This document shows, piece by piece, positions 23,197 to 39,214 of a DNA stretch of 64,000 bases. The number at the start of each line of letters is the position of its first letter. Within the stretch, counting starts at the first letter, position 1. Both the position numbers and the translations under genes were made by a program. Origin of the DNA: Escherichia coli. Lineage in GTDB: Bacteria > Pseudomonadota > Gammaproteobacteria > Enterobacterales > Enterobacteriaceae. The stretch lies in NCBI RefSeq assembly GCF_003334355.1, contig NZ_QOWP01000003.1, one strand, 5' to 3'. Under the pieces are notes generated by a model, which saw only the letters and a program-made list of their open reading frames with translations, ran no database searches and was not told where the DNA came from.

Positions 23197-23272
23197 GGGT
23201 ATTTTCCATTCGAAGCCCGATACGTAAAAATTATCGGGCTAACAAAATATCCATTGAATGGATAGCGATGAA

Positions 23273-24004
23273 CTAGCTGCGCTGGCGCACCGCTTCAAAT
23301 AAGCAAATTCCGGTCGCAACCGAAACGTTCAGGGAAGAAACGCTTCCAGCCATCGGGATGCTGATCAACTCATCGCAATGTTCACGAGTCAGGCGACGCA
23401 TACCTTCACCTTCCGCACCCATCACCAGCGCCAGGCGTCCGGTCATTTTGCTCTGATAGAGTGTATGATCCGCCTCGCCTGCCGTACCGACGATCCAGAT
23501 ATTCTCTTCCTGCAACATACGCATGGTGCGCGCAAGGTTAGTCACCCGAATCAGCGGAACGCTTTCTGCCGCGCCGCAGGCTACTTTTTTCGCCGTAGCG
23601 TTGAGCTGTGCGGAGCGATCTTTCGGCACAATCACCGCATGAACGCCTGCGGCGTCCGCACTACGCAGGCACGCGCCGAGGTTGTGCGGATCGGTTACGC
23701 CGTCGAGGATCAGCAGGAACGGTTGATCGAGCGAAGCGATCAGATCCGGCAGATCGTTTTCCTGATACTGACGTCCTGGCTTCACGCGGGCGATAATGCC
23801 CTGATGCACGGCACCGTCGCTTTTCTCGTCGAGATATTGGCGGTTTGCCAACTGGATAACCACGCCCTGAGACTCAAGGGCGTGAATCAGCGGTAACAGA
23901 CGTTTATCTTCACGGCCTTTTAAAATAAAGACTTCCTGAAAACGTTCAGGGGCGCGCTCCAGCAGGGCCTGCACTGCGTGGATGCCGTAAATCATTTCGC
24001 TCAT
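23273..24004 (-). CDS. rlmB: 23S rRNA (guanosine2251-2'-O)-methyltransferase
   Basis: 243 aa SpoU-family methyltransferase ([17 protein letters not shown]…). Confidence 0.93.
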
Positions 24005-24028
24005 TAATGTACTCGTTGTTTACGTTTT

Positions 24029-24130
24029 GCCTGATGCACTACGTTTATCCGGCCTACATGATCTCTGCAATATATTGAATTTGCGTGATTATGTAGGCCG
24101 GATAAGGCGTTCACGCCGCATCCGGCATGA
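24029..24130. repeat. BIME (pair of inverted REP elements) between rnr and rlmB
   Basis: gcctgatgcactacgtttatccggcctaca … tgtaggccggataaggcgttcacgccgcatccggca. Confidence 0.8.
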
Positions 24131-24183
24131 ACAAAGCGCATTTTGTCAGCAATCTAACCCTCTTCTTTTAAAGAGGGTATTGA

Positions 24184-26625
24184 TCACTCTGCCACTTTTT
24201 TCTTCGCCGCACGCTTCGCTTTGGTCGCTGCAGCTATTTTCTGCGTTTTCGCCGATGGCTTTTTCGCTTTTCTCGCGTCTTTCTTCGCCGCTTTCGGCTT
24301 CGTTTTTTTCTCACCGCAGAAGGCGCTGTCTGGCTCAAAGTTTACCTTTTTACCGACCTGACGACGCTTGCCGCCTTTTTTACCTGCATCGCCTTTTTTC
24401 GCTTTCTCGCGCGCCGTTTTACCGACGTTGCGCGGTGCGCGTTCGCTGGAGATCAGGCTAAAGTCGATTTTGCGCTCGTCCATATTAACCGCTTCGACGC
24501 GAACTTCCACGCGATCGCCCAGGCGATAAGTCTGGCCGCTGGATTCCCCCATCAGGCGTTGCCCTACCTGGTCAAAGCGATAGTAGTCATTGTCCAGCGA
24601 AGAGACATGGACCAGACCATCAATGAACAAGTCGTCCAGACGGACGAAGAAGCCAAAGCCAGTGACGCTGGAAATTACGCCTTTAAAGACGTTACCTACC
24701 TGGTCGAGCATGAAGTCACACTTCAGCCAGTCAGCCACATCGCGCGTTGCTTCGTCGGCACGACGTTCCGCCATCGAACAGTGCTGACCCAGTTGCAGCA
24801 TCTCTTCCATCGAATAATGGTAGCCGCCGGTTTCAGTGGTGTTGCCCTGATGCCCCTGCTCTTTCGCCAGCAGATATTTAATGGCGCGGTGCAGCGTCAG
24901 GTCTGGATAACGACGAATCGGCGAAGTAAAGTGCGCATAGGACTGCAATGCCAGGCCAAAGTGACCACGGTTTTCTGGATCGTAAATCGCCTGTTTCATC
25001 GAGCGCAGCAGCATGGTTTGCAGCATTTCTGCATCAGGACGATCGGCAACCGACTCCAGCAGCTCCGCGTAGTCACGCGGTTCCGGCTTGTTACCGCCCG
25101 GCAGTTCCAGCCCCAGCTCCGCCAGCACTGAACGGAAAGAGGTAATCGCTTCGGTGCTCGGCTTGTCGTGAATACGGAACAGTGCCGGTTCTTTCGCTTT
25201 CTCAACGAAACGCGCCGCCGAGATATTCGCCAGAATCATGCACTCTTCAATTAATTTGTGCGCGTCGTTACGCTGGGTCTGTTCGATACGTTCAATACGG
25301 CGTTCAGCGTTGAAAATGAACTTCGCTTCTTCGCTCTCAAATGAGATCCCACCGCGTTCTTCACGGGCTTTATCCAGCACTTTATAGAGGTTATGCAACT
25401 CTTCGAGATGCTTAACCAGCGGGGCGTACTGCTCGCGCAGATCCTGATCGCCCTGCAGAATATGCCAGACTTTGGTGTAGGTCAGACGCGCGTGAGAGCT
25501 CATCACCGCTTCGTAGAATTTGTAGCCCGTCAGGCGGCCTTTCGACGAAACCGTCATCTCGCACACCATACACAGGCGGTCTACCTGCGGGTTGAGCGAA
25601 CACAGGCCGTTAGAGAGCACTTCCGGCAGCATCGGGATAACCTGCGAAGGGAAGTACACCGACGTGCCACGGTTACGCGCTTCTCTGTCCAGCGGCGTTG
25701 GCGGACGCACATAGTAGCTGACGTCGGCAATCGCGACCCATAAACGCCAGCCGCCGCCGCGTTTTTTCTCGCAGTAAACTGCATCGTCAAAGTCACGGGC
25801 GTCTTCGCCATCAATGGTGACCAGCGGTAAATCGCGCAGATCAACACGGCCCGCTTTTGCTTCTTCCGGCACTTCTTCTTTCAGCCCGGCAACCTGTTGC
25901 TCAACAGCCTGCGGCCAGATGTACGGAATTTCATGGGTACGCAGAGCGATATCAACCGCCATGCCGGTGCCCATATTGTCGCCCAGCACTTCGACGATTT
26001 TACCCACCGCTTTGGTGCGGCGAGTCGGACGCTGAGTCAGTTCGACTACGACCACAAAGCCCATCCGCGCGCCCATGATCTGATCGGGCGGGATTAAGAT
26101 ATCGAAGCTCAGACGGCTATCGTCAGGAACCACAAAGCCGACGCCCGCTTCAGTAAAGTAGCGACCAACAATCTGGCTGGTTTTTGGCACCAGTACGCGG
26201 ACAATACGCGCTTCACGACGACCTTTACGGTCAGCGCCCAGCGGCTGCGCCAGCACCTGATCGCCATGAATGCAGGTTTTCATCTGCTCGCTGGAGAGAT
26301 ACAAATCATCTTTACGCCCTTCAACCCGCAGAAAGCCGTAGCCATCACGGTGGCCAATAACGGTACCTTTCACCAGGTCGAGGCGTTCCGGCAGCGCATA
26401 GCACTGACGACGAGTGAAGACCAGTTGACCATCGCGCTCCATCGCGCGCAGGCGGCGACGCAGGCCTTCAAGCTGCTCTTCGCCTTCAATGTGCAGTTCT
26501 ACCGCCAGCTCATCACGGCTGGCCGGTTTTTCACGTTTGGTTAAATGTTCGAGGATAAATTCCCGACTAGGGATGGGATTCGCGTATTTTTCAGCTTCGC
26601 GTTCCTGGAAAGGATCTTGTGACAT
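24184..26625 (-). CDS. rnr: Ribonuclease R
   Basis: 813 aa from ATG at 26623-26625; RNB domain, S1 domain and lysine-rich C-terminal tail. Confidence 0.95.
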   Translation of the reverse strand: MSQDPFQEREAEKYANPIPSREFILEHLTKREKPASRDELAVELHIEGEEQLEGLRRRLRAMERDGQLVFTRRQCYALPERLDLVKGTVIGHRDGYGFLRVEGRKDDLYLSSEQMKTCIHGDQVLAQPLGADRKGRREARIVRVLVPKTSQIVGRYFTEAGVGFVVPDDSRLSFDILIPPDQIMGARMGFVVVVELTQRPTRRTKAVGKIVEVLGDNMGTGMAVDIALRTHEIPYIWPQAVEQQVAGLKEEVPEEAKAGRVDLRDLPLVTIDGEDARDFDDAVYCEKKRGGGWRLWVAIADVSYYVRPPTPLDREARNRGTSVYFPSQVIPMLPEVLSNGLCSLNPQVDRLCMVCEMTVSSKGRLTGYKFYEAVMSSHARLTYTKVWHILQGDQDLREQYAPLVKHLEELHNLYKVLDKAREERGGISFESEEAKFIFNAERRIERIEQTQRNDAHKLIEECMILANISAARFVEKAKEPALFRIHDKPSTEAITSFRSVLAELGLELPGGNKPEPRDYAELLESVADRPDAEMLQTMLLRSMKQAIYDPENRGHFGLALQSYAHFTSPIRRYPDLTLHRAIKYLLAKEQGHQGNTTETGGYHYSMEEMLQLGQHCSMAERRADEATRDVADWLKCDFMLDQVGNVFKGVISSVTGFGFFVRLDDLFIDGLVHVSSLDNDYYRFDQVGQRLMGESSGQTYRLGDRVEVRVEAVNMDERKIDFSLISSERAPRNVGKTAREKAKKGDAGKKGGKRRQVGKKVNFEPDSAFCGEKKTKPKAAKKDARKAKKPSAKTQKIAAATKAKRAAKKKVAE

Positions 26626-26663
26626 CTCGGTTCCTCCGTTGTCATCTCTGATGAAGATTTTCG

Positions 26664-27089
26664 TCACTCCACCAGCAATAATTTATAAAGCGGTTGATTC
26701 TCTTCAACCAAATCGGCAAGCGTGTAGTTATCCAGTTCCATAAGAAAACTTTGCACGGCCTTAGAAAGCGCCTGTTTCAACCGACAGGCAGGTGTAATGT
26801 GGCAAAACTCACTGCTGCAATTCACCAGCGATAAGGGCTCCAGCTCGCGCACCACATCACCAATACGTATCGCACTCGCCGATTTACCCAGGCGAATGCC
26901 GCCATTTTTTCCACGAACAGCAGTCACGTAGCCGGCACGACTAAGTTGATTGATTATTTTGACCATATGATTACGGGAGACGCCGTAGACGTCAGTCACT
27001 TCAGAAATACTGGTCATCCGCCCTTCTGGCAATGACGCCATGTAGATCAGCGCACGTAATCCGTAATCAGTGAAACTCGTTAACTGCAC
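26664..27089 (-). CDS. nsrR: Rrf2-family NO-sensing repressor NsrR
   Basis: 141 aa, Rrf2 HTH, conserved Cys residues. Confidence 0.93.
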   Translation of the reverse strand: MQLTSFTDYGLRALIYMASLPEGRMTSISEVTDVYGVSRNHMVKIINQLSRAGYVTAVRGKNGGIRLGKSASAIRIGDVVRELEPLSLVNCSSEFCHITPACRLKQALSKAVQSFLMELDNYTLADLVEENQPLYKLLLVE

Positions 27090-27293
27090 ATCAACCTCAA
27101 AAGGGAAATCGGGAAAAAATACATTTATATTGATGATAAACCAGCCACAAGCTGTGTCGCTAATTTATTTCAGTTCGGGGAAGGAAAAAAGCGAGGATTT
27201 AACACTGTGTCGGATAGCGTAATGGCTTAACCGACACAGCAATGTATCACACTGTTAGCCCGGCAGGCAAAATATCTGCCAGGCGTACCAGAA

Positions 27294-28595
<1,302 letters not shown>

Positions 28596-28695
28596 TCAAA
28601 ATCACCGTTTGCTTAAAAATGGATTCTACCATCGCTTTTTCAGAGTTACAGCACTTTTTGCACTCAAAAATGACCTCGATCAGTCTGTTTTTTGT

Positions 28696-28893
28696 TCAGC
28701 CAATCGTTTTCCTCAACATGTAGTAGACCACAACGCCCGCAACCACAAGTCCACCGCCAAAACGACGTAAAATATTATCGGGCAAATTGGTCATCGCAGA
28801 GATCATCTTCTTCCATGCCTTCGGGTAAAGCATCGGCCCTAAACCTTCCAGTACCAAAACCAGGGCAAGCGCCAGCCAGATTGTCGAATTCAT
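28696..28893 (-). CDS. yjeT: DUF2065 small membrane protein YjeT
   Basis: 65 aa hydrophobic ORF between purA and hflC. Confidence 0.75.
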   Translation of the reverse strand: MNSTIWLALALVLVLEGLGPMLYPKAWKKMISAMTNLPDNILRRFGGGLVVAGVVVYYMLRKTIG

Positions 28894-28910
28894 TCATTAT
28901 CCTTATAGAA

Positions 28911-28945
28911 AAAGAAAACCACCGACATCCCTGAGGATGCGGTGG
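28911..28945 (-). terminator. Intrinsic terminator after hflC
   Basis: ccaccgcatcctcagggatgtcggtgg stem followed by a T-rich run on the minus strand. Confidence 0.65.
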
Positions 28946-28974
28946 CTTTATTGACCTGTACCGCAGTCGTTATA

Positions 28975-29979
28975 TTAACGCGTTGCGGAAGTCGGCGTCT
29001 TCATATAGCGGAAGAAATCGCTATCCGGGCTCATGACCATCACGTCCTGATTGCCAGAGAAGCTGTTCTCATAAGCACGCAGGCTACGGATGAATGCGTA
29101 GAAGTCCGGATCTTTACTGAATGCATCAGCAAACAGTTTGGCTGCTTCGGCATCGCCTTCACCACGCATGATACGGCCCTGACGCTCAGCTTCTGCCAGC
29201 GTTCTGGTCACTTCATAGTCGGCAGTCGCGCGCAGTTTTTCCGCTTCTTCCTGACCTTGTGAACGGTGACGACGCGCTACCGCTTCACGCTCGGCGCGCA
29301 TACGGTTGTAGATCGCTTCAGACACTTCGGTCGGCAGGTTGATCTGCTTGATACGCACATCGACAACTTCAATACCCAGCGCCGCCATACTGTTCGGGTT
29401 GATGACCGGAACTTTGCCCTTCGTCTCAGCCGTTACGCGCTCTGCCGCTTCGGCAATGGCGTTATCTGCTGCCGGGGTAGTAACTTCATCTTCTGTACCC
29501 GCAGAACCGGAGTTCAGCGCGTCACGTACTTCGAGGGTCAGACGACCACGGGAATCGGTGACGATGTCTTTCACGTCCAGGCGACCAATTTCAGAACGCA
29601 GACGGTCAGAGAACTTACGTTTCAACAGCACTTCCGCTTGCGAAATGTCGCCACCACCCGTTGCCAGGTAGTAACGGCTGAAATCGCTGATGCGCCATTT
29701 GATGTAAGAATCGACGATCAGGTCTTTCTTCTCTTTGGTCACAAAGCGGTCGGCCTGGTTGTCCATGGTCTGAATACGTGCGTCGAGCATTTTCACCGTT
29801 TCAATGAACGGTATCTTGAAATGCAGACCCGGCTCATAAACCAGAGGTTTGTTGTCATCGTCACGCAGTACCTTACCAAAACGCAGCGTAATACCGCGCT
29901 CACCTTCTTTGACGACAAAGACAGACATGTAAAGCACTACCAGCACGATGATGATAATCGCGATAACTGACTTACGCAT
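28975..29979 (-). CDS. hflC: FtsH protease modulator HflC (SPFH/band-7)
   Basis: 334 aa, N-terminal TM segment plus SPFH domain. Confidence 0.95.
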   Translation of the reverse strand: MRKSVIAIIIIVLVVLYMSVFVVKEGERGITLRFGKVLRDDDNKPLVYEPGLHFKIPFIETVKMLDARIQTMDNQADRFVTKEKKDLIVDSYIKWRISDFSRYYLATGGGDISQAEVLLKRKFSDRLRSEIGRLDVKDIVTDSRGRLTLEVRDALNSGSAGTEDEVTTPAADNAIAEAAERVTAETKGKVPVINPNSMAALGIEVVDVRIKQINLPTEVSEAIYNRMRAEREAVARRHRSQGQEEAEKLRATADYEVTRTLAEAERQGRIMRGEGDAEAAKLFADAFSKDPDFYAFIRSLRAYENSFSGNQDVMVMSPDSDFFRYMKTPTSATR

Positions 29980-29981
29980 CG

Positions 29982-31241
29982 TTATTCCCCCTGACGCTGG
30001 TAGTCGTTACGCTGCGCGTTGGCGCGGCGTTGGTCCATAATATCGCCCTGACTGGTGGACGACGTGTTGCTTGCTCCACTGGTTGTGGAGGAAGAGGCTG
30101 GCGGCAAACGCAGCAGATTGCTGGCACCGTTATCGCTCTTCGCCGCAGGGGCGTTACCACCTTTCAGCATCTGGTCTAACGGCAGAACCATCAGGTTGCC
30201 ACCTTTATCGTTAACCAGCACTTTGCGGGTGTTACCCAACACTTTTTCCATCGTCTCGATATACAGACGCTCGCGAGTAATTTCCGGCGCGGCTTTATAT
30301 TCCGGCAGAAGTTTAGCAAAGCGCGCCACTTCACCCTGAGCTTCCAGGATGGTCTGGGCCTTGTACGCACGCGCCTCTTCGAGGATACGTTGCGCCTGAC
30401 CGTTCGCACGCGGCTGAACTTCGTTGGTATACGCTTCTGCTTCACGAATGTATTGCTGTTCGTTTTCACGCGCGGCAATCGCATCGTCAAACGCCGCTTT
30501 TACTTCTTCCGGCGGACGAGCAGCCTGGAAGTTGACGTCCAGCAGCGTGATACCCATGTCATACGGACGGATAGTCTCTTCCAGTTCGCGCTGAGTATCG
30601 CTACGAATCACGGTACGACCTTCCGTCAGAATGCGATCCATGGTGTATTTACCGATAACCCCGCGCAGGGCGCTGTCGGTAGCCTGACGCAGACTGTCAT
30701 CCGGGCTGGTCACGCTATACAGATATTTTTCCGGATTGGTAACGCGGTACTGCACGTTCATCTCAACGCGCACTACGTTCTCGTCCGACGTCAGCATCAC
30801 ACCAGAAGCGGCCAGTTCACGCACGGCTTCCACGTTCACCGGTTTGACTTCGTCGATAAACGTCGGTTTCCAGTTCAGACCCGGCTCAACCAGATGGCTG
30901 AATTTACCAAAGCGTGTTACCACGCCGCGTTCGGCTTCTTTAATGGTATAGAAACCACTGGCCGCCCAGATAATGACAATCGCTGCCGCTGCGATGGTAA
31001 CGACACGACCGCCAAGCTGCGGGCGCGGGCCTTGCGATGAACTGCCACCGCCAGATCCGGTGCCTTTACCGCCGCCCAGACCACCGAGCTTTTTGCTCAG
31101 TTTGCGGAAGATATCATCTAAATCAGGTGGCCCTTGATCGCGACCGCCTTTGTTTCCATTTCCCTCAGAGTTGCCGCCAGGTTTGCTGCTTCCCCACGGG
31201 TCGCGGTCTTGTCCGTTATTACCGGGCTGATTCCACGCCAT
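29982..31241 (-). CDS. hflK: FtsH protease modulator HflK (SPFH/band-7)
   Basis: 419 aa, Gly-rich N-terminus plus SPFH domain. Confidence 0.95.
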   Translation of the reverse strand: MAWNQPGNNGQDRDPWGSSKPGGNSEGNGNKGGRDQGPPDLDDIFRKLSKKLGGLGGGKGTGSGGGSSSQGPRPQLGGRVVTIAAAAIVIIWAASGFYTIKEAERGVVTRFGKFSHLVEPGLNWKPTFIDEVKPVNVEAVRELAASGVMLTSDENVVRVEMNVQYRVTNPEKYLYSVTSPDDSLRQATDSALRGVIGKYTMDRILTEGRTVIRSDTQRELEETIRPYDMGITLLDVNFQAARPPEEVKAAFDDAIAARENEQQYIREAEAYTNEVQPRANGQAQRILEEARAYKAQTILEAQGEVARFAKLLPEYKAAPEITRERLYIETMEKVLGNTRKVLVNDKGGNLMVLPLDQMLKGGNAPAAKSDNGASNLLRLPPASSSTTSGASNTSSTSQGDIMDQRRANAQRNDYQRQGE

Positions 31242-31326
31242 GTTTGTGCTCCATATTTGTTATGCGGTGATCCCTGTTGTCTTTCGACGCCAGAGGATAT
31301 GACTCCACGCTTCAGACGCTACGCCG

Positions 31327-32607
31327 TTAGATCAGGTAATCGATCAACGCCGGTTCTTGTTTACAGAGGCGACGCCAGTCAACGATCGGCATACGAACTT
31401 GCAGACTTACGCTGCCGTCCTCCTCCATCCACTCTTTTTCTATTGCCTGAAGCTGATAAAAACGACTTCTCAGACGTCCTTCCTGCGGCGGCAAACGCAA
31501 TGTATGCTGCGCCACCTCGCCGGAAAGCCGCTCCGTCAAAGCCTGAAAAAGCTGTGGTATCCCCGCTCCGGTCTGTGCGGAAAGCCAGACACGGATCGGT
31601 TTGTTCTCTTCGTCCCGATCAATACGCGGTTCGAAATCTTCCAGCATATCGATCTTGTTCATCACCAGCAGGGTTGGGATCTCGTGAGCGTCGATCTCTT
31701 CAAGAACCGTATTCACCGCTTCGATGTTTTCTTGTACACGTACATCCGCCGCATCAATGACGTGCAGCAGTAATGTGGCTTGCCGCGTCTCTTGTAACGT
31801 GGCTTTAAATGCTGCCACCAGATCGTGCGGCAGGTGGCGAATAAACCCTACGGTATCTGCAAGTACGGTTTCACCGACATCTGCAACGTCAATACGCCGC
31901 AACGTCGGGTCGAGGGTGGCAAACAACTGGTCTGCCGCGTAGACCCGCGCTTCGGTGATGCGATTGAAAAGGGTAGATTTACCGGCGTTGGTATATCCCA
32001 CCAGCGAAACAGTAGGAACGTCGGCTTTGATACGCGATTGCCGCCCCTGCTCACGCTGCTTTTCAACTCTTTCCAGGCGCGACTGTATCTGCACGATGCG
32101 ATTACGCAACAAACGACGGTCGGTTTCGAGCTGGGTTTCACCCGGACCACGCAAACCTATCCCGCCTTTCTGTCTTTCAAGGTGGGTCCAGCCACGCACC
32201 AGGCGCGTAGCCAGATGGCGCAGCTGCGCCAGCTCAACCTGCAACTTACCCTCATGGGTACGCGCACGTTGGGCGAAAATATCTAAAATAAGGCCGGTGC
32301 GGTCGATAACACGACACTCGCACAAACGCTCCAGGTTACGCTCTTGCGCCGGGCTCAGGGCATGGTCAAAAAGAACGACCGAAGCACCCGTCGCTTTGAC
32401 AGCTTCCGCAATTTCAACTGCTTTACCTTCACCTACAAAATACTTTGGGTGCGGCGCTTTACGGCTACCGGTAATCACCTGCAATGCTTCGACACCGGCG
32501 GAAGAGACCAGAGATTCAAACTCCTGGAGGTCTTCCATATCTTTGTCTTGCGTAAAATAGATGTGTACCAGTACCGCCTGCTCACCAGCATCATAACGGT
32601 CAAACAA
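31327..32607 (-). CDS. hflX: GTPase HflX
   Basis: 426 aa with GTP-binding motifs (GYTNAGKST). Confidence 0.95.
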   Translation of the reverse strand: MFDRYDAGEQAVLVHIYFTQDKDMEDLQEFESLVSSAGVEALQVITGSRKAPHPKYFVGEGKAVEIAEAVKATGASVVLFDHALSPAQERNLERLCECRVIDRTGLILDIFAQRARTHEGKLQVELAQLRHLATRLVRGWTHLERQKGGIGLRGPGETQLETDRRLLRNRIVQIQSRLERVEKQREQGRQSRIKADVPTVSLVGYTNAGKSTLFNRITEARVYAADQLFATLDPTLRRIDVADVGETVLADTVGFIRHLPHDLVAAFKATLQETRQATLLLHVIDAADVRVQENIEAVNTVLEEIDAHEIPTLLVMNKIDMLEDFEPRIDRDEENKPIRVWLSAQTGAGIPQLFQALTERLSGEVAQHTLRLPPQEGRLRSRFYQLQAIEKEWMEEDGSVSLQVRMPIVDWRRLCKQEPALIDYLI

Positions 32608-32683
32608 GCGTATAACCCTCTAAATAGATCAGCGGGGAACGCAGGATCGCTGGCTCCCCGTGTAAAAAAAACAGCCCGAAACC

Positions 32684-33004
<321 letters not shown>

Positions 33005-33077
33005 TTATATGCTTATTTGTACTTTGAACCTTTCGATTCTGAAAAAATTGCGCACGATACGTCTCAATTGTACACAT

Positions 33078-34028
33078 TCAGCCTGCGATAGCACCAACAA
33101 CCTGTAATACTTCGTCACGCGCCTGTTCTGGTTTTTCACTGTCAAGCCAGTGAACCCCTTCCCAACCACGCAGCCAGGTTATCTGCCGCTTCGCCAACTG
33201 TCTCGTGGCGCAAACACCTCGATAAACCATTTCATCGTATGAGATTTCGCCTTCAAGGTAAGACCACATCTGGCGATAACCCACGCAACGAATGGAAGGC
33301 AAGTCCGTATGCAAATCTCCTCGGGCAAAAAGCGCCCGGACTTCTGCTTCAAAACCTGAAGCCAACATCTGATGAAAACGCTGCTCAATGCGTTGATGGA
33401 GCAGTTCACGGCTCGCCGGGGCGATGGCGAACTGATGCACCTGATACGGTAGAGCGTCTCCTGACGTTTGCGTCAGTTCCGTTAAAGTTTTACCCGAAAT
33501 GAAAAAAACTTCCAGTGCCCGGGAAAGCCTTTGTGGATCATTTGGATGAATCCTTGCTGCCGCAACCGGATCTACCTCCTGAAGTTGACGATGCAATGAC
33601 TCCCAACCTTGCTCTGCCGCCTGTTGCTCAATTCTGGCCCGCACTTCCGGGTCTGCCGACGGTAGCGGCGACAACCCTTCCAGCAATGCCTTGAAATACA
33701 ACATCGTACCGCCCACTAACAGTGGGATCCGCCCCGCCGCGGTGATATCGGCCATTTCCGCCAGCGCATCGCGGCGAAAATCAGCAGCCGAGTAAGCCTG
33801 CGACGGATCGCGAATATCCAGCAATCGGTGCGGCGCGGCGAGTAACTCTTCAGCGTTCGGCTTCGCCGTCCCGATATCCATCCCTTTGTAAATAAGGGCA
33901 GAATCAACGCTTATCAACTCTACTGGTAAAATTTTACGCAGCTCAATGGCTAACGCCGTTTTACCGGAGGCCGTCGGCCCCATCAAAAAAATCGCCTTAG
34001 GCAGGCTCGCCTTACTGATATCACTCAT
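33078..34028 (-). CDS. miaA: tRNA dimethylallyltransferase
   Basis: 316 aa with P-loop GPTASGKT. Confidence 0.95.
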
Positions 34029-35868
34029 CTTTCAGGGCTTTTATCGCCGGATGTAAATCAACAGATTGTAACAGACCACCCGGCGGCGTTTTCACAAGTT
34101 GCGGACATAACCGTTCCACGTCCGCCAGCAGGGTTATGGCCTGTGCCATTGACCACTGCGCATGTTCGCTCATCAGATTTCGTGCAATCCACTGCGCAAT
34201 ATTGCCAGGTTCGAATACGGACTGCTTCGCCAGGTAGCCTATCAGTTCAGGAATCAAGATTTGTAAATTTTGTTGGCGTAAGGGTAAAGGCACGGCCCTG
34301 ATGGTCACATGCTGTGCATCTGACTGGAAATCAATACCCAATTCCGCCAGGGCAGACTGCGCTTTTTCTAATGCCGATTTTTCTTCGCCAGAAACTTTTA
34401 GCCGCAACGGAATAAGCAGCGGCTGAGCGCAAACTGGCGCTTCACCCGGCGTCAGTTGTACCTGACGCAGCCAACGTTCTGCCACTGGCAAGGCTAAAAG
34501 TGAAATGTTGCCGTCGCGCTCCAGCAACGCACAGTCGGAATGGACGATAGTCAGTACCCGACCAAAACTCTGACTGTTCGCCGCAAGTGCAGGTTCCTGC
34601 GGTTCCGGCGCTTTTAATTTTTGCATCGGCGCGGGCGTTTGCAAAAGCTGGCGATACACTTCACCTTGCTGTTTCTGGTAGCCTGGCTGCGCATTCGGCC
34701 AGGGGGCAGCCGGACGACTGCCTGATGCTGGCGCAGGAGTGTAGCGCGGAGCTACCGGCTCACGAGCTGCCGGTTCTGCAAAGTGATTGCGCCCCGCCGC
34801 CACGCGGTTTTCCGGAATGGAACGCGGTGCAGGTTGGGGTTCATCGTCCAGCGGTAGCGGCGTTTCCAGTTGCTGTTGTAGCACGCTCAGCACGCCCTGA
34901 TAGATAAAATCATGCACCAGACGCGACTGATGGAAACGCACTTCGTGTTTGGCGGGGTGCACGTTGACGTCCACCTGATGCGGATCGATCTCCAGATACA
35001 GCACAAATGCCGGTTGCTGATCGGCCCCCAGTTTGTCTTCGCAGGCCTGGCGGATCGCGTGATTGATCAGGCGATCGCGCATCATGCGACCGTTCACGTA
35101 GCAATACTGAATTTCTGCCAGTGCAGGCGTGGTGTGATTTGGATCGGCCACCCAGCCGCGTAGCGTGAGATCGCCGTGTTGCCATTCAATCGCCAGCGCT
35201 TGTTCAAGAAAAGCGGTGCCGCAAATCGCGCCTAAGCGCCGTTCTTTTTGCCCGCCTTCCGGCACTGCGCGGTACTGACGCACAATTTTACCGTTATGCG
35301 ACAGGTTGATCGTGACGTCGAAACGCGCCAGCGCAATGCGGCGGATGATCTCATCAATGTGGTTAAATTCGGTTTTCTCGGTGCGCAGGAATTTGCGCCG
35401 CGCCGGGGTGTTGTAGAACAGATCCAGCACCTCCAGCGTCGTCCCCACAGGATGCGCCGCCGGTTTTACCGTCACGTTCATATCGCGCCCTTCGGCATAG
35501 GCCTGCCAGGCTTCCTGCTGTTCTGCGGTGCGTGAAGTGAGCATCAGGCGGGAAACCGAACTGATACTCGCCAGCGCCTCACCGCGAAAGCCCAGGCTGA
35601 TAATGGCTTCGAGATCGTCCAGAGAGGCGATTTTACTGGTGGCATGACGAGCCAGCGCCAGCGCCAGCTCATCTTTTTTGATACCGCAGCCGTTATCACG
35701 AATGCGGATAAGTTTCGCCCCACCGCGTTCGATATCAATATCGATACGCGTCGCACCTGCATCGAGGCTGTTTTCCACTAGTTCTTTGACTACCGACGCA
35801 GGTCGCTCGACCACCTCACCTGCGGCAATCTGGTTCGCCAGTTGTGGCGGTAAGACCTGAATTGGCAT
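34021..35868 (-). CDS. mutL: DNA mismatch repair protein MutL
   Basis: 615 aa with a GHKL ATPase N-terminus (…[33 protein letters not shown]…). Confidence 0.96.
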
Positions 35869-35877
35869 CAATCGTCC

Positions 35878-37215
35878 TTAGTTTGGCAGCGTGCGATCTG
35901 GCGTCGTCACCGTACTGGCAGTTTGTGCCGTTGCACCCTGCGGCGCAGATTGCATCGGATGCGCAAGGAAGTAATTGCGCAGGCCTTTGTAAATGGCTTC
36001 TGCCAGCTGTTGTTGGTAATCGTCGCTCGCCAGCAAACGTTCTTCGCTGTTGTTGCTGATAAAACCGGTTTCGACCAGTACTGATGGGATATCCGGCGAG
36101 CGCAGAACGCCAAGGCTGGCGTGTTCTGGTCGACGTTTATGTATTTCGCCAATGCGTTGCAACTGACTGATCATACTGGTCGCTACATCATACCCTACCC
36201 GCTGGGAATGACCGAACTGTAAATCCAGCACCGCCTGGCTTAAATAGGGGTCAGACTGACTGTTCGCCAGCACATCACCCGCCCCACCCAGCAGCTCCGA
36301 CTGTTTCTCGTGCTGCTCCAGCCAGTTGGCCATTTCACTGTTGACGCGACGGTTAGAGAGCACCCATACGGAAGCGCCAGTCGCACTGCGGTTCGGTGCG
36401 GCATCAGCGTGAATCGACACGAGGAAATTGGCGTTTTGCTTACGTGCCACATCACTGCGCCCCATCACCGAGATAAAGTAATCCCCGTCACGGGTTAAAA
36501 CGCCTTTAAACATCGGATCGTCATTGAGCAAAGTACGCAATTTACGCGCGATGGCGATGGTGACATTTTTCTCCCGCGTACCACCGGGGCCGATAGCGCC
36601 AGGGTCCTGACCGCCGTGTCCGGCATCAATAGCGATGATAATTTTATCGCCAGTGTTAGCCGTCGCGCGCGCTGCCGGACGCGTTACCGTATTACTGCTG
36701 ATAACACCCGTAGTGCGGTTACTTTCCGTTTTAAACGGATTGCGCGCCGGTTCGCTGACGCGCGGTGCGACAACCGCAGGCGTTTCAACGCGTTTCGCAA
36801 CCACGGGCGGCGGAGGAGGCGGTGGCGGCACATCGGCGTTAATCGTAAAGACGACAGTGTAATTGCTGCCATTCTGCCGCTTCACCGCTTCGGTTTTACC
36901 GTTTTCGGTAAGATCGACCACCAGCCGTAGCGTTTGTGCATCTTTAGGCGTTCCAGAGCGAATCGCCTTCACCAGATTATTGCCGCTGAACAACAACGGC
37001 AGTCCCTGAATCACGCCCGTTTGTTTGATATCGAGCGCCACGGTGCGTTTGCTTTGATGGCTAAACGCATAATCAGGATCGCCAATAAAACTCAACGTTA
37101 TCCGCGCCTGTTGATTACCGTTAGAAACCTGAATATCAGAGAGCGTCGCGGCACCCACCGGCGTGCACAGCAGCAGCAGCGTCGCTACCAACCAATTTCT
37201 GATGCGATACATCAT
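35878..37215 (-). CDS. amiB: N-acetylmuramoyl-L-alanine amidase AmiB
   Basis: 445 aa, signal peptide, Pro-rich linker, amidase_3 domain. Confidence 0.94.
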   Translation of the reverse strand: MMYRIRNWLVATLLLLCTPVGAATLSDIQVSNGNQQARITLSFIGDPDYAFSHQSKRTVALDIKQTGVIQGLPLLFSGNNLVKAIRSGTPKDAQTLRLVVDLTENGKTEAVKRQNGSNYTVVFTINADVPPPPPPPPVVAKRVETPAVVAPRVSEPARNPFKTESNRTTGVISSNTVTRPAARATANTGDKIIIAIDAGHGGQDPGAIGPGGTREKNVTIAIARKLRTLLNDDPMFKGVLTRDGDYFISVMGRSDVARKQNANFLVSIHADAAPNRSATGASVWVLSNRRVNSEMANWLEQHEKQSELLGGAGDVLANSQSDPYLSQAVLDLQFGHSQRVGYDVATSMISQLQRIGEIHKRRPEHASLGVLRSPDIPSVLVETGFISNNSEERLLASDDYQQQLAEAIYKGLRNYFLAHPMQSAPQGATAQTASTVTTPDRTLPN

Positions 37216-37233
37216 CCCGCCACCTTTCAAAGG

Positions 37234-39212
<1,979 letters not shown>

Positions 39213-39214
<2 letters not shown>

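Noticed and set aside
18025-23272. Mobile-element signatures at the island borders (integrase, transposase, att-like direct repeats)
   Set aside because: No integrase or transposase ORF, and no obvious direct repeats at the two junctions. Only hairpins and terminator-like structures are present, so the insertion mechanism cannot be assigned.
24029-24130. Possible CRISPR array suggested by repeated GC-rich palindromes
   Set aside because: The repeats are REP/BIME palindromes found singly or in inverted pairs at several intergenic sites (about 12.17, 24.03, 58.7 and 60.0 kb). There are no regularly spaced direct repeats with unique spacers and no cas genes.
32608-32683. Stem-loop in the hfq-hflX intergenic region as an intrinsic terminator
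   Set aside because: On the transcribed (minus) strand the U-run precedes rather than follows the stem, so it is not a canonical terminator; consistent with read-through into hflX.
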